Shown here: in pieces, positions 9,567 through 19,013 of the stretch
Layout: each line of letters starts with the position of its first letter
Position numbering within the stretch: position 1 is the first letter of the stretch
Origin: Candidatus Eiseniibacteriota bacterium
Lineage (GTDB): Bacteria > Eisenbacteria > RBG-16-71-46 > CAIMUX01 > VGJL01
Direction: 5' to 3'
NCBI GenBank assembly: GCA_041946735.1
Contig: JBHGAY010000008.1
Location: 32,001-96,000, forward strand
Length of the DNA stretch: 64,000 bases
Made by a program: the position numbers and the translations under genes
Notes under the pieces: model-generated
Told to the model about the DNA's origin: nothing
The model's input: the letters and a program-made list of their open reading frames with translations, nothing else
Databases searched by the model: none

Positions 9567-10508
9567 TCAGCGCGCGTCCGGCAGCTCGACGCCGAGCGCT
9601 TTGGCGAGGCGGCGGATCGGACCGCCGAGGCGCCGCCGGGCGGCCAGCGCGGCGAGGCGCGTCACGTCGGGACGGGCGGCAGGCTCCAGGTCGACGGGGA
9701 CGGTCGCGCGCACCGGCACCACGTCGCGCATTGCCACGATGTAGTCGCGTGCCGCGCGTAGCGACCCGGCCGGCCGTGGCGGCAGCTCGGCGCGCTCCGC
9801 CGCTTCGAGCAGAGCGTCGAGCGTCGGATACGCCTGGACGAGCTGCGCCGCCGTCTTCGGGCCGATCCCCCGGACGCCGGGAAGGCCGTCCGACGGGTCG
9901 CCCCGAAGCGTGGCGAAGTCGGTGTAGCGTTGCGGCGGGACTCCGTAACGGTCGAGGACCATCGCCTCGTCGAAGCACGCCAGCTCGGAGACGCCACGCA
10001 GCGTGAACAGCACGCGGACCGCGGATCGCGGCTTCGCGCCACCGCGGGCGTCGCGAACGAGCTGAAGCAGGTCGCGGTCGCCGGTCACGATGTCGACCGC
10101 CGCTCCGCTCTCCTCGGCGAAGCGGGCGCACAAGGCGCCGATGGCATCGTCCGCTTCCCAGCCGATCGCGCGGGCGCGTGGCAATCCCGCTGCCGTCAGC
10201 ACCTCCTCGAGCAGGTCGAACTGCTCCGGAAGCCCTTCCGGATCGGGACGCCGCTGCGCTTTGTAGGCGGGATACGCCCGGGCGCGCTCCACCGGGACGA
10301 TGGCGTCGTCGAAGACGTGGAAGACCGCGGCGGGACTCAGCAGCCCGGGCGCCGCCGGCAGCTCTCCGGAAAGCAGCCGCGTCGTCATGTCGAGGTAACC
10401 GTGGACGGCATTGACGGGACGGCCGGCATCGTCGCGGATCGTCGCGGGCAGCGCGAAGTAGGCACGGTACATCAGGCTCGAGGTGTCGAGCAGAAGGCGG
10501 TCGGGCAT
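9567..10508 (-). CDS. Stand-alone 5'-3' exonuclease / flap endonuclease (PolA N-domain-like)
   Basis: LLLDTSSLMYRAYFALP, PVNAVHG, YKAQR, EADDAIG, VTGDRDLLQL, LRGDPSDGLPGVRGIGPKTA (H3TH). Confidence 0.92.
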   Translation of the reverse strand: MPDRLLLDTSSLMYRAYFALPATIRDDAGRPVNAVHGYLDMTTRLLSGELPAAPGLLSPAAVFHVFDDAIVPVERARAYPAYKAQRRPDPEGLPEQFDLLEEVLTAAGLPRARAIGWEADDAIGALCARFAEESGAAVDIVTGDRDLLQLVRDARGGAKPRSAVRVLFTLRGVSELACFDEAMVLDRYGVPPQRYTDFATLRGDPSDGLPGVRGIGPKTAAQLVQAYPTLDALLEAAERAELPPRPAGSLRAARDYIVAMRDVVPVRATVPVDLEPAARPDVTRLAALAARRRLGGPIRRLAKALGVELPDAR

Positions 10509-10594
10509 CTACGTCCTCGCTCTCCCTTCCAGGAAGCTTCGTGTCCGCCCGATCCTATCAGCTCAGACGCGCGCCACGTTGCGCGCCCGCCGGC

Positions 10595-11062
10595 TCAGAG
10601 CCAGCGGCGCACCCGCTTGCGGTAGCTGCGGTACTCCTCCGCGAAGCGTCCTTCCAGGTAGCGCTCTTCCTTCGGAATGATCACGAAGTTCACGAGAAGC
10701 AGCGCCGGGACCGCCATCGCGAGGATCGGCGCCGAGTTCGCGGCCAGCGCGATACCGCAATAGAGGAGCGTCTGACCCAGGTAGTCGGGATTGCGGCTGA
10801 ATCGGTAGGGGCCGGTCACGACGAGCGCGCGAGTCGGCCGCCACGGCGTCACGGGAGTTCGCGCCTCGCCAAAGCGGCGCATGACGCTCCCGCTCAGGAA
10901 GATCCCGAGGACGATCAGCGCGGCGCCGGCGAGCCGGCCGAGCCACGCGCGGCCCAGGAGCCGGGCCGGCTCATGGATCTGGAGGACGACCCCCACCGAA
11001 AGTGCGGCGAGAAAGAGGACCGGCGGGGGAACGAGGATCCCGGGTCCCTTTCCGCGTTCCAT
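10595..11062 (-). CDS. Isoprenylcysteine carboxyl methyltransferase / PEMT family membrane protein
   Basis: PPPVLF, LVVTGPYRFSRNPDYLG, PKEERYLEGRFAEEYRSY..RVRRWL. Confidence 0.88.
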   Translation of the reverse strand: MERGKGPGILVPPPVLFLAALSVGVVLQIHEPARLLGRAWLGRLAGAALIVLGIFLSGSVMRRFGEARTPVTPWRPTRALVVTGPYRFSRNPDYLGQTLLYCGIALAANSAPILAMAVPALLLVNFVIIPKEERYLEGRFAEEYRSYRKRVRRWL

Positions 11063-11099
11063 GGGAGTAGTCAAGCGCGCCGGCCGAGGAGGTCGCAAG

Positions 11100-11151
11100 G
11101 GGAGCGGCTGCCCGGCAGCGGTTGCCCGGGAGCGGTTGCCGGGGAGCGGCT
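11100..11151. repeat. 14-bp tandem repeat, about 3.7 copies
   Basis: gggagcggctgccc / ggcagcggttgccc / gggagcggttgccg / gggagcggct. Confidence 0.7.
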
Positions 11152-11283
11152 ATCGGGCGCGACGAGGACGCGGCAAACGATCGTCGCCATCCCGGCGCTG
11201 CGTCACCTGGCCCGGTCGCCGCCACGAATTTCCACGTTTGCGCGGCGGACGCGTTACCATGCGCCGGAAGGGAGGCGGCTCGA

Positions 11284-11670
11284 ATGGCGATCCGTGTCGT
11301 CCGGCTCGGGACTCCGAGGACGCCCGGCGAGGGGCTGCGCGTCGGAACGGTGCGGCGCCCTCCGCGCGGCGTCCTCAAGTCCGAGTTCTCCAAACGCAAC
11401 TACTACGACGTCTGGCTTCCCGATCTTTCGCCTTCCGAGGATCTGGTCAAACAGGCTCTCCAGGCCGAGGACGAGCGCGACTGGCGCGCCTTCGTGCGGA
11501 AGTACCGCGCGGAGATGAAGCGTCCGGAGCCGGCGCGGCTGCTCGAGCTGCTCTCCGCGCTTTCGCACCAGACGAACTTCTCGGTCGGCTGCTATTGCGA
11601 GGACGAGTCCCGTTGCCACCGCTCCGTTCTCAGGGAGCTGTTGGAGGAGCACGGGGCGAAGCTCGCGTGA
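11284..11670 (+). CDS. DUF488 (YeaO-like) family protein
   Basis: MAIRVVRLG..EGLRVGTVRRPPRGV.K...DVWLPDLSPS, CYCEDESRCHR. ATG after GGGAGG. Confidence 0.85.
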   Translation: MAIRVVRLGTPRTPGEGLRVGTVRRPPRGVLKSEFSKRNYYDVWLPDLSPSEDLVKQALQAEDERDWRAFVRKYRAEMKRPEPARLLELLSALSHQTNFSVGCYCEDESRCHRSVLRELLEEHGAKLA

Positions 11671-11689
11671 GCTAGAGGAGGGCAGCTGG

Positions 11690-12226
11690 ATGCGTACTCT
11701 CGGGGCCGCGGCGGCGGCGCTGTTCTTCGTGTTGATTCTCGCCCAGGCTGCCTGCGGGCCGGCCGGTGACGGGCCCGGCGCCCGCACGGCGGCCTCCCTG
11801 CCCCTCCGCGACGGCCTCTACCCGGTTCTCTGGGAATCGGCGAACGCGGACTCCGCCGCGCTGCGGGCGCCCGGCCACGTGGTCCTTCCCTACGATCGGC
11901 TCTACACCGGCTCGAAGGAGCGGGAGCCTCGCACCTGGCTCGCGATCGACACGACGTCGACGGTCCCGCTCCTCCTGGAAGGGGAGCCCGAGGCGCGCGC
12001 GGACGAAACGGGCCGCGCCCTGCTGAGCGTGACGCTCGCGCACGAGCAGGTGGGACCGCTCGAGAGCTTCACGCGGGACCATCTCGGCAGGCCGGTCGCC
12101 ATCCTTCTCGACGGCGAGGTGGTGACGATGCACAAGGTCCGCACCGTGATCCAGGACGGAAGGATGCAGATCACGCGCTGCGACAGCAACACTTGCGAAG
12201 TGCTGCGCTCGAGGCTGCTCGACTAG
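11690..12226 (+). CDS. Putative lipoprotein with a SecD/SecF P1-head-like domain
   Basis: Signal peptide with lipobox-like LAQAAC. FTRDHLGRPVAILLDGEVV...IQDGRMQIT resembles the SecD P1 head. Confidence 0.6.
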   Translation: MRTLGAAAAALFFVLILAQAACGPAGDGPGARTAASLPLRDGLYPVLWESANADSAALRAPGHVVLPYDRLYTGSKEREPRTWLAIDTTSTVPLLLEGEPEARADETGRALLSVTLAHEQVGPLESFTRDHLGRPVAILLDGEVVTMHKVRTVIQDGRMQITRCDSNTCEVLRSRLLD

Positions 12227-12296
12227 CTCGAGGCTGCTCGACTAGCGGACCGGGGGCGGGGTGCCGCGCGCTGCGTCACGGTCCGCACTCAGCTGG

Positions 12297-13454
12297 TCAG
12301 CCTCCCACCGCCTTTTCCCATCCTGCCGCGAGGGCCCGCGCTGCCTCCAGGATCTGCACCTCGTCGTTGCCATGCCCGAGGCTCAAGCGCACCGATCCCA
12401 GCGCGGCGGCCTCGTCGATCCCCAACGCGAGGATCGCGGCCGGCGCTTCGTCGCGCCCCGCATGGCAGGCGGAGCCGGTCGACGCGGCGATCTCCGGCGT
12501 GGCGTTCAGCAGCGCGTTGCCCGTCACGCCGGGGAAGCGGACGTGCAGCGTGTTCGGCAGCGTGGCGACGCGCGGAGCGGTCCACACGATGCCGGGAATC
12601 AGCGACTCCAGCTCGCTCCAGAGGCGATCGCGCAGCGCGCGCAGCCGATCCGATTCTCCGGCCGCGAGACGCCGGGCGGCGAGGCGGCAGGCGGCGCCGA
12701 GACCGACGATGCCCGGGACGTTTTCCGTCCCGCCGCGAAGACCGCGCTCTTGCCCTGCGCCCGGGAGAACGGGGAGCAGCTCGACCCCAGAGCGGACGTA
12801 GAGCGCTCCGACTCCCTTGGGCGCGTAGAGCTTGTGCCCCGCGATCGTCAGCAGGTCGCAGCCGATCGCCGTGACGTGCAGCGGAATCTTGCCGGCCGTC
12901 TGCGCCGCGTCGACGTGGAAGAGAGTGCCGCGGCTCCTCGCCATCCTGCCGACCATGTCGACCGGCTGGAGGACGCCGATCTCGTTCTGTGCGTGCATCA
13001 GGCTGACGATGTCCGGCTGCGTCGTCAGCTGCCAGGTCTCGAGCATCTTGTCGAGCCGCACGATCCCCTCCGGGTCGGGAGGCACGAGATGCACCGTGTC
13101 TCCCTTGGCCCGGAGCGCTTCGAGCGGCTGCAGGGTGGCCGGATGCTCGAGGGTGAAGGAGACGAACGAGAGGCGCCGGCCGCCCGAGCGGGCGCGGATC
13201 GCCTCCGCCCCTCCCACGAGCGCCAGAAGGCTCGCTTCGGTGCCGCCCGAGGTGAAGACGATCTCTTCGACATGGGCCCCGATCAGCGAGGCGACGTCCG
13301 CCCGGGCGTTCTCGACCGCCTGGCGGGCCCGCCGGCCGAAGGGATGGCTGCTCGACGGATTGCCGAAGTCCGAGCGCAAATAGGGCAGCATCGCGTCGAG
13401 GACCTCGGGATCGACCGGCGTCGTCGCATTGTGATCGAGGTAGATCGGATCCAT
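12297..13454 (-). CDS. Cysteine desulfurase (NifS/IscS group I, PLP-dependent)
   Basis: Likely start MDPIYLDHNATTP at 13454. FGNPSSSH, FTSGGTE, HVDAAQTAGK, AGHKLYAPKG (PLP Lys), RGGTEN, STGSACH (catalytic Cys). Confidence 0.94.
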   Translation of the reverse strand: MDPIYLDHNATTPVDPEVLDAMLPYLRSDFGNPSSSHPFGRRARQAVENARADVASLIGAHVEEIVFTSGGTEASLLALVGGAEAIRARSGGRRLSFVSFTLEHPATLQPLEALRAKGDTVHLVPPDPEGIVRLDKMLETWQLTTQPDIVSLMHAQNEIGVLQPVDMVGRMARSRGTLFHVDAAQTAGKIPLHVTAIGCDLLTIAGHKLYAPKGVGALYVRSGVELLPVLPGAGQERGLRGGTENVPGIVGLGAACRLAARRLAAGESDRLRALRDRLWSELESLIPGIVWTAPRVATLPNTLHVRFPGVTGNALLNATPEIAASTGSACHAGRDEAPAAILALGIDEAAALGSVRLSLGHGNDEVQILEAARALAAGWEKAVGG

Positions 13455-13591
13455 CGGCCCCTTCCTTGTGGGATCCCTTGCCAGACGCCTCCTCGCGCCC
13501 GCTCCCGGCCGCCCGGTCATGCCTCCGTCCCGTTCGGTCGCGGGGCCAGATCGGCGCGTGCGGTCGCGCGGGTAGGGTCTAGAATACCGGC

Positions 13592-14875
13592 GTGGAGATC
13601 CCCTACAAGCAGATGCGAGATCAGTTTCGAGCCGAGATTCGAGCCGAGATGCGAGCCGGCACGCAGCGGCCATTCGGGCCGCCGGACTCGGAGGAAGCGC
13701 AGCGGGCCGAAGGCGCCGCCGGCGAAACGCGCTCACGCGAACGGGCGCCGGGCCGTGTGAGCCTGGCGCAGGCGTCCGCCTGGCTGGCCGCCGCCCGCGA
13801 GGACCCTTCGCTCCTCGATGAGCTCGGCGCCGTCGCGGGCGCAGCGCGTGACGCGATCCACGGCAGGCGGATCCGCCTGTTCGCCCCGCTCTACTATGCG
13901 AACGTCTGCGTGAACGACTGCCTCTACTGCGGCTTCCGGCGCGAGAACCGCACGGCCAACCGGCGCGTGCTCTCGCCCGGGGAAATCGCGGCGGAGGCCG
14001 AAGCGCTCCTCGAGATGGGCCACCGGCGCATCCTGCTCGTCGCATCGGAGGACCCGAGCGCGCGCGGCCGCGCTCTCGTGCTCGACGCGGCCCGCGCCGT
14101 TCGATCCGCGCGCCACGGCGGCGCCTCGGCATCCCAGGTCGCGATGGAAGTCGCTCCGGGGACGATCGCCGATTTTCGCGCCATGGCGGAGGCCGGAGTC
14201 GACGCCTATGTGCTGTTCCAGGAGACCTACGATCGAAGGCTCTACGGACGCGTGCATGTTTCGGGCCCGAAAAGCGATTTCGACTGGCGGCTCGGGGCGC
14301 CGGAACGCGCCCTCGCCGGCGGCATCCCGCACGTCGGGCTCGGAGTCCTCCTCGGGCTCGGAGATCCGCGACGCGAGGTGCTCGGCCTGATCGGCCATGC
14401 GCGGCGGATCGAGCGGCGCTCGGGGCGCCCGCCGCGGACCGTTTCGCTGCCGCGACTCCGTCCCGCCGAGGGATCGGACCTCTCGCGTCATCCGTATCGT
14501 CCCGTCAGCGACGAGTTGCTGCTCGCGGCGATCGCCGTGGTGCGCCTCGCGCTCCCGCGCACCGGTATCGTGCTCTCCTCGCGCGAGCCGGCGGCGTTGC
14601 GGGATCGCGCGCTCGACTTCGGCGTCACCGAGCTTTCCGCCGGATCCCGAACCGATCCGGGGGGGTATACCGCCGAACGAAAGGGCACGCCGGGGCGGGA
14701 TGTGGCGCTGGCGCAATTCGAGGTGGAGGATAGGCGGGGGTTCGATTCCATGGTGACCGTGCTTCGCGACCGGGGCTACGAACCGCTCTTGGATGGCGAT
14801 CCGTCCGATCCAGTTGCGGCGGGAAGGTCCTTGGCGTCGCCCATGCGCGATTCGCGATCCCTGAGCGGCAGTTGA
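13592..14875 (+). CDS. thiH: ThiH-like radical SAM tyrosine lyase (2-iminoacetate synthase family); start uncertain
   Basis: LFAPLYYANVCVNDCLYCGF (CxxxCxxC), LFQETY, SLPRLRPA, LSSRE, SAGSRTDPGGY, QFEVEDRR. No HydG-type second Cys cluster motif. Confidence 0.75.
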   Translation: MEIPYKQMRDQFRAEIRAEMRAGTQRPFGPPDSEEAQRAEGAAGETRSRERAPGRVSLAQASAWLAAAREDPSLLDELGAVAGAARDAIHGRRIRLFAPLYYANVCVNDCLYCGFRRENRTANRRVLSPGEIAAEAEALLEMGHRRILLVASEDPSARGRALVLDAARAVRSARHGGASASQVAMEVAPGTIADFRAMAEAGVDAYVLFQETYDRRLYGRVHVSGPKSDFDWRLGAPERALAGGIPHVGLGVLLGLGDPRREVLGLIGHARRIERRSGRPPRTVSLPRLRPAEGSDLSRHPYRPVSDELLLAAIAVVRLALPRTGIVLSSREPAALRDRALDFGVTELSAGSRTDPGGYTAERKGTPGRDVALAQFEVEDRRGFDSMVTVLRDRGYEPLLDGDPSDPVAAGRSLASPMRDSRSLSGS

Positions 14876-17220
14876 GCAGCGCGCCGCCTCCCACGCTTCC
14901 GCCCGGCCGGATTCCGCCGCCGCCGCCCCGCGCGAAGAAGCGCCACTCGCACCCGCGCCTGCGGGCGCTCTCCTATCTCGCCGTCGGCATCCTTCTGCTG
15001 CTGCTCATCCTCGCCGTCGGATCCTGCATGACGGTCCGCATCCCGGCGAGCGGATCGCGCCAGACCGTCCTGTTCTTCTCCGTCCCGACCGATCTGGCGC
15101 CCGGCTCCCGGATCGATCGCGATGAGCTGGAGAACCGGCTCCGCCGTCTCGGCTACCGCGCCTCCACGACCCTCCAGCCGGGCGAGTACCGGATGGTGAG
15201 CGGAGGCGCGGAGATCCATCTCCGTCCGTTCCGCTATCCCTCGCGCTTCTATCCGGGCGGGATCGCCCGCGTCTGGATTTCCGGCGGGACGGTCCGGCGC
15301 ATCGAAACCGACGAGGCCCTCGACCCGGACCAGGTCGCTCTCGAGCCGGAGCGGCTGGCGGGTTACGAGGGGCAGATCGGGGCGTTCCTGCATCCTCTAC
15401 GCTTGAAGGACGCGCCTCCGCTGCTCGTCAAGGCGATCGTCGCGGTCGAGGACCGGCGCTTCTACAGCCACCCGGGGATCGATCCGATCGGGACCGCCCG
15501 CGCCGTGTGGACCGACCTGCGGCGCGGCGAGCACGCGCAGGGCGGCTCGACGATCACGCAGCAGCTCGCGCGCTCGCTCTACCTGCACAATCAGAAGACG
15601 TTCGGACGGAAGCTGCGCGAGGCGGTCATCGCCCTCGGCCTCGAGCTGCGCTATTCCAAGGACGAGATCCTCGAGGCGTACCTGAACGCCGTCTACTGGG
15701 GCTACTGGGGATCGATGGAGATCCGCGGCGTGCGCGAGGCTTCGAGCTACTACCTCGGCAAGGAGGTCGACGACCTCGATCCGGCCGGGATCGCCCTGCT
15801 CGTCGGTTTGATCCGGGCGCCCAACGCCTACTCCCCCTACAGTTCGGCCGAGAAGGCGAAGAAGCGGCGTGACGTCGTCCTGCGGCTGCTGATGCAGCAG
15901 GGGATCCTGAGCGAAGCGGAAGGGAAGAAGGCGCTCGCGCAGCCCGTCCGCGCGAAGCGCCCGCCGGACCGTCCCGCTGACGCCGCCTACTTCCTCGACG
16001 CGGCCCGCAAGGAGGTCGAGCGCCGGGCGCCGCGCGGCACGTTGGAAAAGCCGGGAACGATGATCTTCACGACGCTCGACCCGCGCGACCAGGCGGCCGT
16101 CGTCGCATCGCTACGCAAGGGTCTCGAGGATCTCGAGAAGGACCATCGCAGCCTGCGGCGCAAGAAGGACCGGCTGCAGGGGGCGGCGATCGTGATGGAT
16201 CCGACCTCCGGCGAGGTGCGGGCGCTCGTGGGCGGGCGCGACTACGCGGCGAGCCCCTTCAACCGAGCCATCGACGCGCAGCGCCAGCCCGGCTCGCTGT
16301 TCAAGCCGTTCGTCTATCTCGCCGCATTCCAGAATCCCCGGCGACGGGGCGGCGGCTACTGGACCCCGGCAACCGTCGTGAAGGACGAGCCGATCGAGAT
16401 CCGCGCCGGACGGAAGATGTGGAGGCCGAAGAACTATGACCGTCAGTACCGCGGCGAGGTGACGGTGCGGCAGGCGCTCGCGCAGTCGCTCAACGTGCCG
16501 ACCGCCTACGTCGCGAACCTGGTCGGGATCCGCAAGGTCGCCGAGGCGGCGCACGATCTGGGGATCGAGAGCGAGTTGGACGAAGTCCCGTCGCTGAGCC
16601 TCGGCACCTCGGAGGTCACGCTCCTCGAGATCTGCTCCGCCTATGCCGCGCTCGCCGACGAGGGGCGCTCTCACGCTCCGACGATGCTTCGCGGAATCCT
16701 CGACGGGTCGGGCAAGATGGTGATGCTCGATCCGCTCGATGATCCGCCCGGAGTCGGCGCGCCGGAGGCGTACCTGGTGACGCGCCTGCTCGAGGGGGTC
16801 ATCGACAACGGGACGGGACGCCGCGCGCGGTCGATGGGGATCGGCGGCGACGTCGCGGGGAAGACGGGAACGACCGACGACTACCGGGATGCCTGGTTCA
16901 TCGGCTTCACGCCGCGCCGGCTCGCCGGCGTCTGGGTCGGATACGACAGGAAGGAAGTGATCGGGCTATCGGGCTCGGCGGCGGCGCTGCCGATCTGGGG
17001 AAAGGTGATGCTCGCGATCCGTCCCGATCGCGGGGATGGCGAGTTCCAGCGTCCGCCCGGCATCGTCACGGTCGCGATCGATCCGGAGTCGGGGATGCTC
17101 GCCACGTCCGACTGTCCGGGATGGCGCGAGGAGGAGTTCCTCGAAGGGACCGAGCCCCAGGAGGAGTGCGACAGGCACGGCGGCTTCTTCGACTCGATCC
17201 GGGAGTTCTTCCACTTGTAG
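14872..17220 (+). CDS. mrcB: Class A penicillin-binding protein PBP1b (UB2H + GT51 + transpeptidase)
   Basis: TM anchor, LRRLGYR UB2H-like region, EDRRFYSHPGID, QGGSTITQQL, RKLRE, SLFK (SxxK), SLN, KTG. Confidence 0.9.
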   Translation: MSSAPPPTLPPGRIPPPPPRAKKRHSHPRLRALSYLAVGILLLLLILAVGSCMTVRIPASGSRQTVLFFSVPTDLAPGSRIDRDELENRLRRLGYRASTTLQPGEYRMVSGGAEIHLRPFRYPSRFYPGGIARVWISGGTVRRIETDEALDPDQVALEPERLAGYEGQIGAFLHPLRLKDAPPLLVKAIVAVEDRRFYSHPGIDPIGTARAVWTDLRRGEHAQGGSTITQQLARSLYLHNQKTFGRKLREAVIALGLELRYSKDEILEAYLNAVYWGYWGSMEIRGVREASSYYLGKEVDDLDPAGIALLVGLIRAPNAYSPYSSAEKAKKRRDVVLRLLMQQGILSEAEGKKALAQPVRAKRPPDRPADAAYFLDAARKEVERRAPRGTLEKPGTMIFTTLDPRDQAAVVASLRKGLEDLEKDHRSLRRKKDRLQGAAIVMDPTSGEVRALVGGRDYAASPFNRAIDAQRQPGSLFKPFVYLAAFQNPRRRGGGYWTPATVVKDEPIEIRAGRKMWRPKNYDRQYRGEVTVRQALAQSLNVPTAYVANLVGIRKVAEAAHDLGIESELDEVPSLSLGTSEVTLLEICSAYAALADEGRSHAPTMLRGILDGSGKMVMLDPLDDPPGVGAPEAYLVTRLLEGVIDNGTGRRARSMGIGGDVAGKTGTTDDYRDAWFIGFTPRRLAGVWVGYDRKEVIGLSGSAAALPIWGKVMLAIRPDRGDGEFQRPPGIVTVAIDPESGMLATSDCPGWREEEFLEGTEPQEECDRHGGFFDSIREFFHL

Positions 17221-17247
17221 GGGATCGATCAGCCTGCAGGGGATCGA

Positions 17248-18825
17248 TCAGCCCCGCCCGCCGCCTCCGCGGCCGCCCGGACGGCGGCGCCGCCTGCCTC
17301 CCCGGCCGCCGCCTCCGCTCGAGCCTCCGCTGCCGACCCCTCCGCGGAATCGCTCTTCCCGCTCCCCGGGCGGCGCCTCGTAAGCGAAGTCCGATTGGCC
17401 CGGCTCCGGCCCCGGCTGCCGCTCTGCCCCCGACTCCCGCTCCGGCCCCGGCTCCCGCTCGTACACCCGCTCTCGCTCCCGCTCGTGTACCCGCTCTCGA
17501 TCCCGCCCGCGGTCGTGCCCGCGGCCTCTGTCGCGATCCCGGCGATCGCGATCCCGATCTCGATCGCGGTCTCGGTCCCGATCTCCGTATCCGCCCGACT
17601 CTTCGTAGCGGTCCTCGTCGCGCTCGCGCGGAGGAATCTGCCGCACCACGACGCGCCGCACCCACGCGCTGTGATCGATCGGCGGCTCGCCGGTCTTCTC
17701 GCGGCGGATGCGGTCCTCTTCGAGCGTCCACTCCAACTCGACCTCGGCCAGGTCCGGCATGGCCGCCATCGCCTGGCGGTCCCCGAGCAGCGCTCGGGCG
17801 CGCGAGAGCACGAGGTCGCGGCCGCGCAGCCGGTCGGTCCATCGCGCGGGGATCGCCCGGATTCCCTGATAAGCGCCGCACAGCGCCCCGACCACAGCTC
17901 CGACCGTGTCGGTGTCGCCGCCCCAGCGGATCGCCTCCTCCAGCGCCACCTCGAACTCGCCGCGGAAGTGGAGGAAGAAGTAGATCGCCGAGACGATTCC
18001 GGCCGGCGCGAAGCCGCGGCAGGGATGCTCGATCATGTATCCCGCCAGATCCGAGGCGCGCGTCGCGATCCCGGGCAGGACATCCTCGGGGGAACGGCTC
18101 GTCTGCCCGGCAATTCCAGCGAGCGCCTCGCTCATGTGATGCAGGACGGGACGGCTGTCGCGCGCCAGGTGGCGTCCATGCGCTTCGAGGAGCCAGTCCT
18201 CCGAGCGCCGGAGGAAGTGGATCTCCTCTTCCAGGAACGGCTCGGGATGGAGCGGCTCGGGATGGAACCAGGCGAGACGGCCGATCGAGTGGGCCACGAC
18301 GCAGCTCGCAGCGACGGCGCGCGGGTCGTTGTGGGTGACGAGGGCTTGCAGCGCCGCGTTGCTCCGCACGGCCGCATCGTCCAAGCCGAAAGCGAGACCG
18401 ACGGGCGCGACGCGCATCGTCGCGCCGACGCCGGCCGTGTGCCGGGAGCCGTGATTCCAGCTCGCCCCTTCGCGCAACGCCTGGATCGTGTAGCGGAAGT
18501 TGCGACCGGCCCCGCGATGGGCACCGAGGATCAGGTGGGGAGGGCCTTCGGCGAGATCGAGGAACTTCTGGCACAACACGTCGGGGTCGGCGCGGCCCGC
18601 CTCGATCAGGGTGTCGGCGACGACGAGCGCTTGCTGGGTGTCATCGGAGTGGAGCCCGGGGAGGCGCCACTTCTCTGGCGGCTCGGTCGGCGGCTCGACG
18701 TAGTCGCGGACCGGCCCATAGCGTGCCTGGATCTGCTCCTGCGTCCATCCTTCGATGGGATAGCCGAGAGCGTCTCCCACGGCGAGCCCCATCAGACAAC
18801 CCAGGAATCGGTCGGAACGCGACAT
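17248..18825 (-). CDS. ADP-ribosylglycohydrolase (DraG/ARH family) with an R/D/E/G-rich C-terminal tail
   Basis: GCLMGLAVGDALG.P.E, HSDDTQQ, MRVAPVG, THNDP, GGDTDTVGAVVGALCGA. Confidence 0.9.
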   Translation of the reverse strand: MSRSDRFLGCLMGLAVGDALGYPIEGWTQEQIQARYGPVRDYVEPPTEPPEKWRLPGLHSDDTQQALVVADTLIEAGRADPDVLCQKFLDLAEGPPHLILGAHRGAGRNFRYTIQALREGASWNHGSRHTAGVGATMRVAPVGLAFGLDDAAVRSNAALQALVTHNDPRAVAASCVVAHSIGRLAWFHPEPLHPEPFLEEEIHFLRRSEDWLLEAHGRHLARDSRPVLHHMSEALAGIAGQTSRSPEDVLPGIATRASDLAGYMIEHPCRGFAPAGIVSAIYFFLHFRGEFEVALEEAIRWGGDTDTVGAVVGALCGAYQGIRAIPARWTDRLRGRDLVLSRARALLGDRQAMAAMPDLAEVELEWTLEEDRIRREKTGEPPIDHSAWVRRVVVRQIPPRERDEDRYEESGGYGDRDRDRDRDRDRDRRDRDRGRGHDRGRDRERVHERERERVYEREPGPERESGAERQPGPEPGQSDFAYEAPPGEREERFRGGVGSGGSSGGGGRGGRRRRRPGGRGGGGRG

Positions 18826-19013
18826 CGTTCGTTCGTCTCCTCAGCGAGTCCTTCGCGAGCCCGCCGGGTGGGCGAGTCGCGCCCGCGAAATCCCTCTGGG
18901 AATCCTCGGGCGGCTCGGCGAAAACGATCCGGAGCCTACGGGCAAGTACGGGCAGAGCCTAGACGATCCCCCCGAGTGAGGAAAGGGTACGGGGCGTGGA
19001 TTTGCCCGGTGTC

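Noticed and set aside
13455..14132. N-terminal extension of the cysteine desulfurase in the ORF track (611 aa)
   Set aside because: It overlaps the ThiH-like gene on the opposite strand. Family similarity starts at MDPIYLDHNATTP (13454).
13592..14875. HydG / [FeFe]-hydrogenase maturation locus
   Set aside because: No C-terminal Cys motif for the second cluster and no hydE/hydF/hydA in the window.
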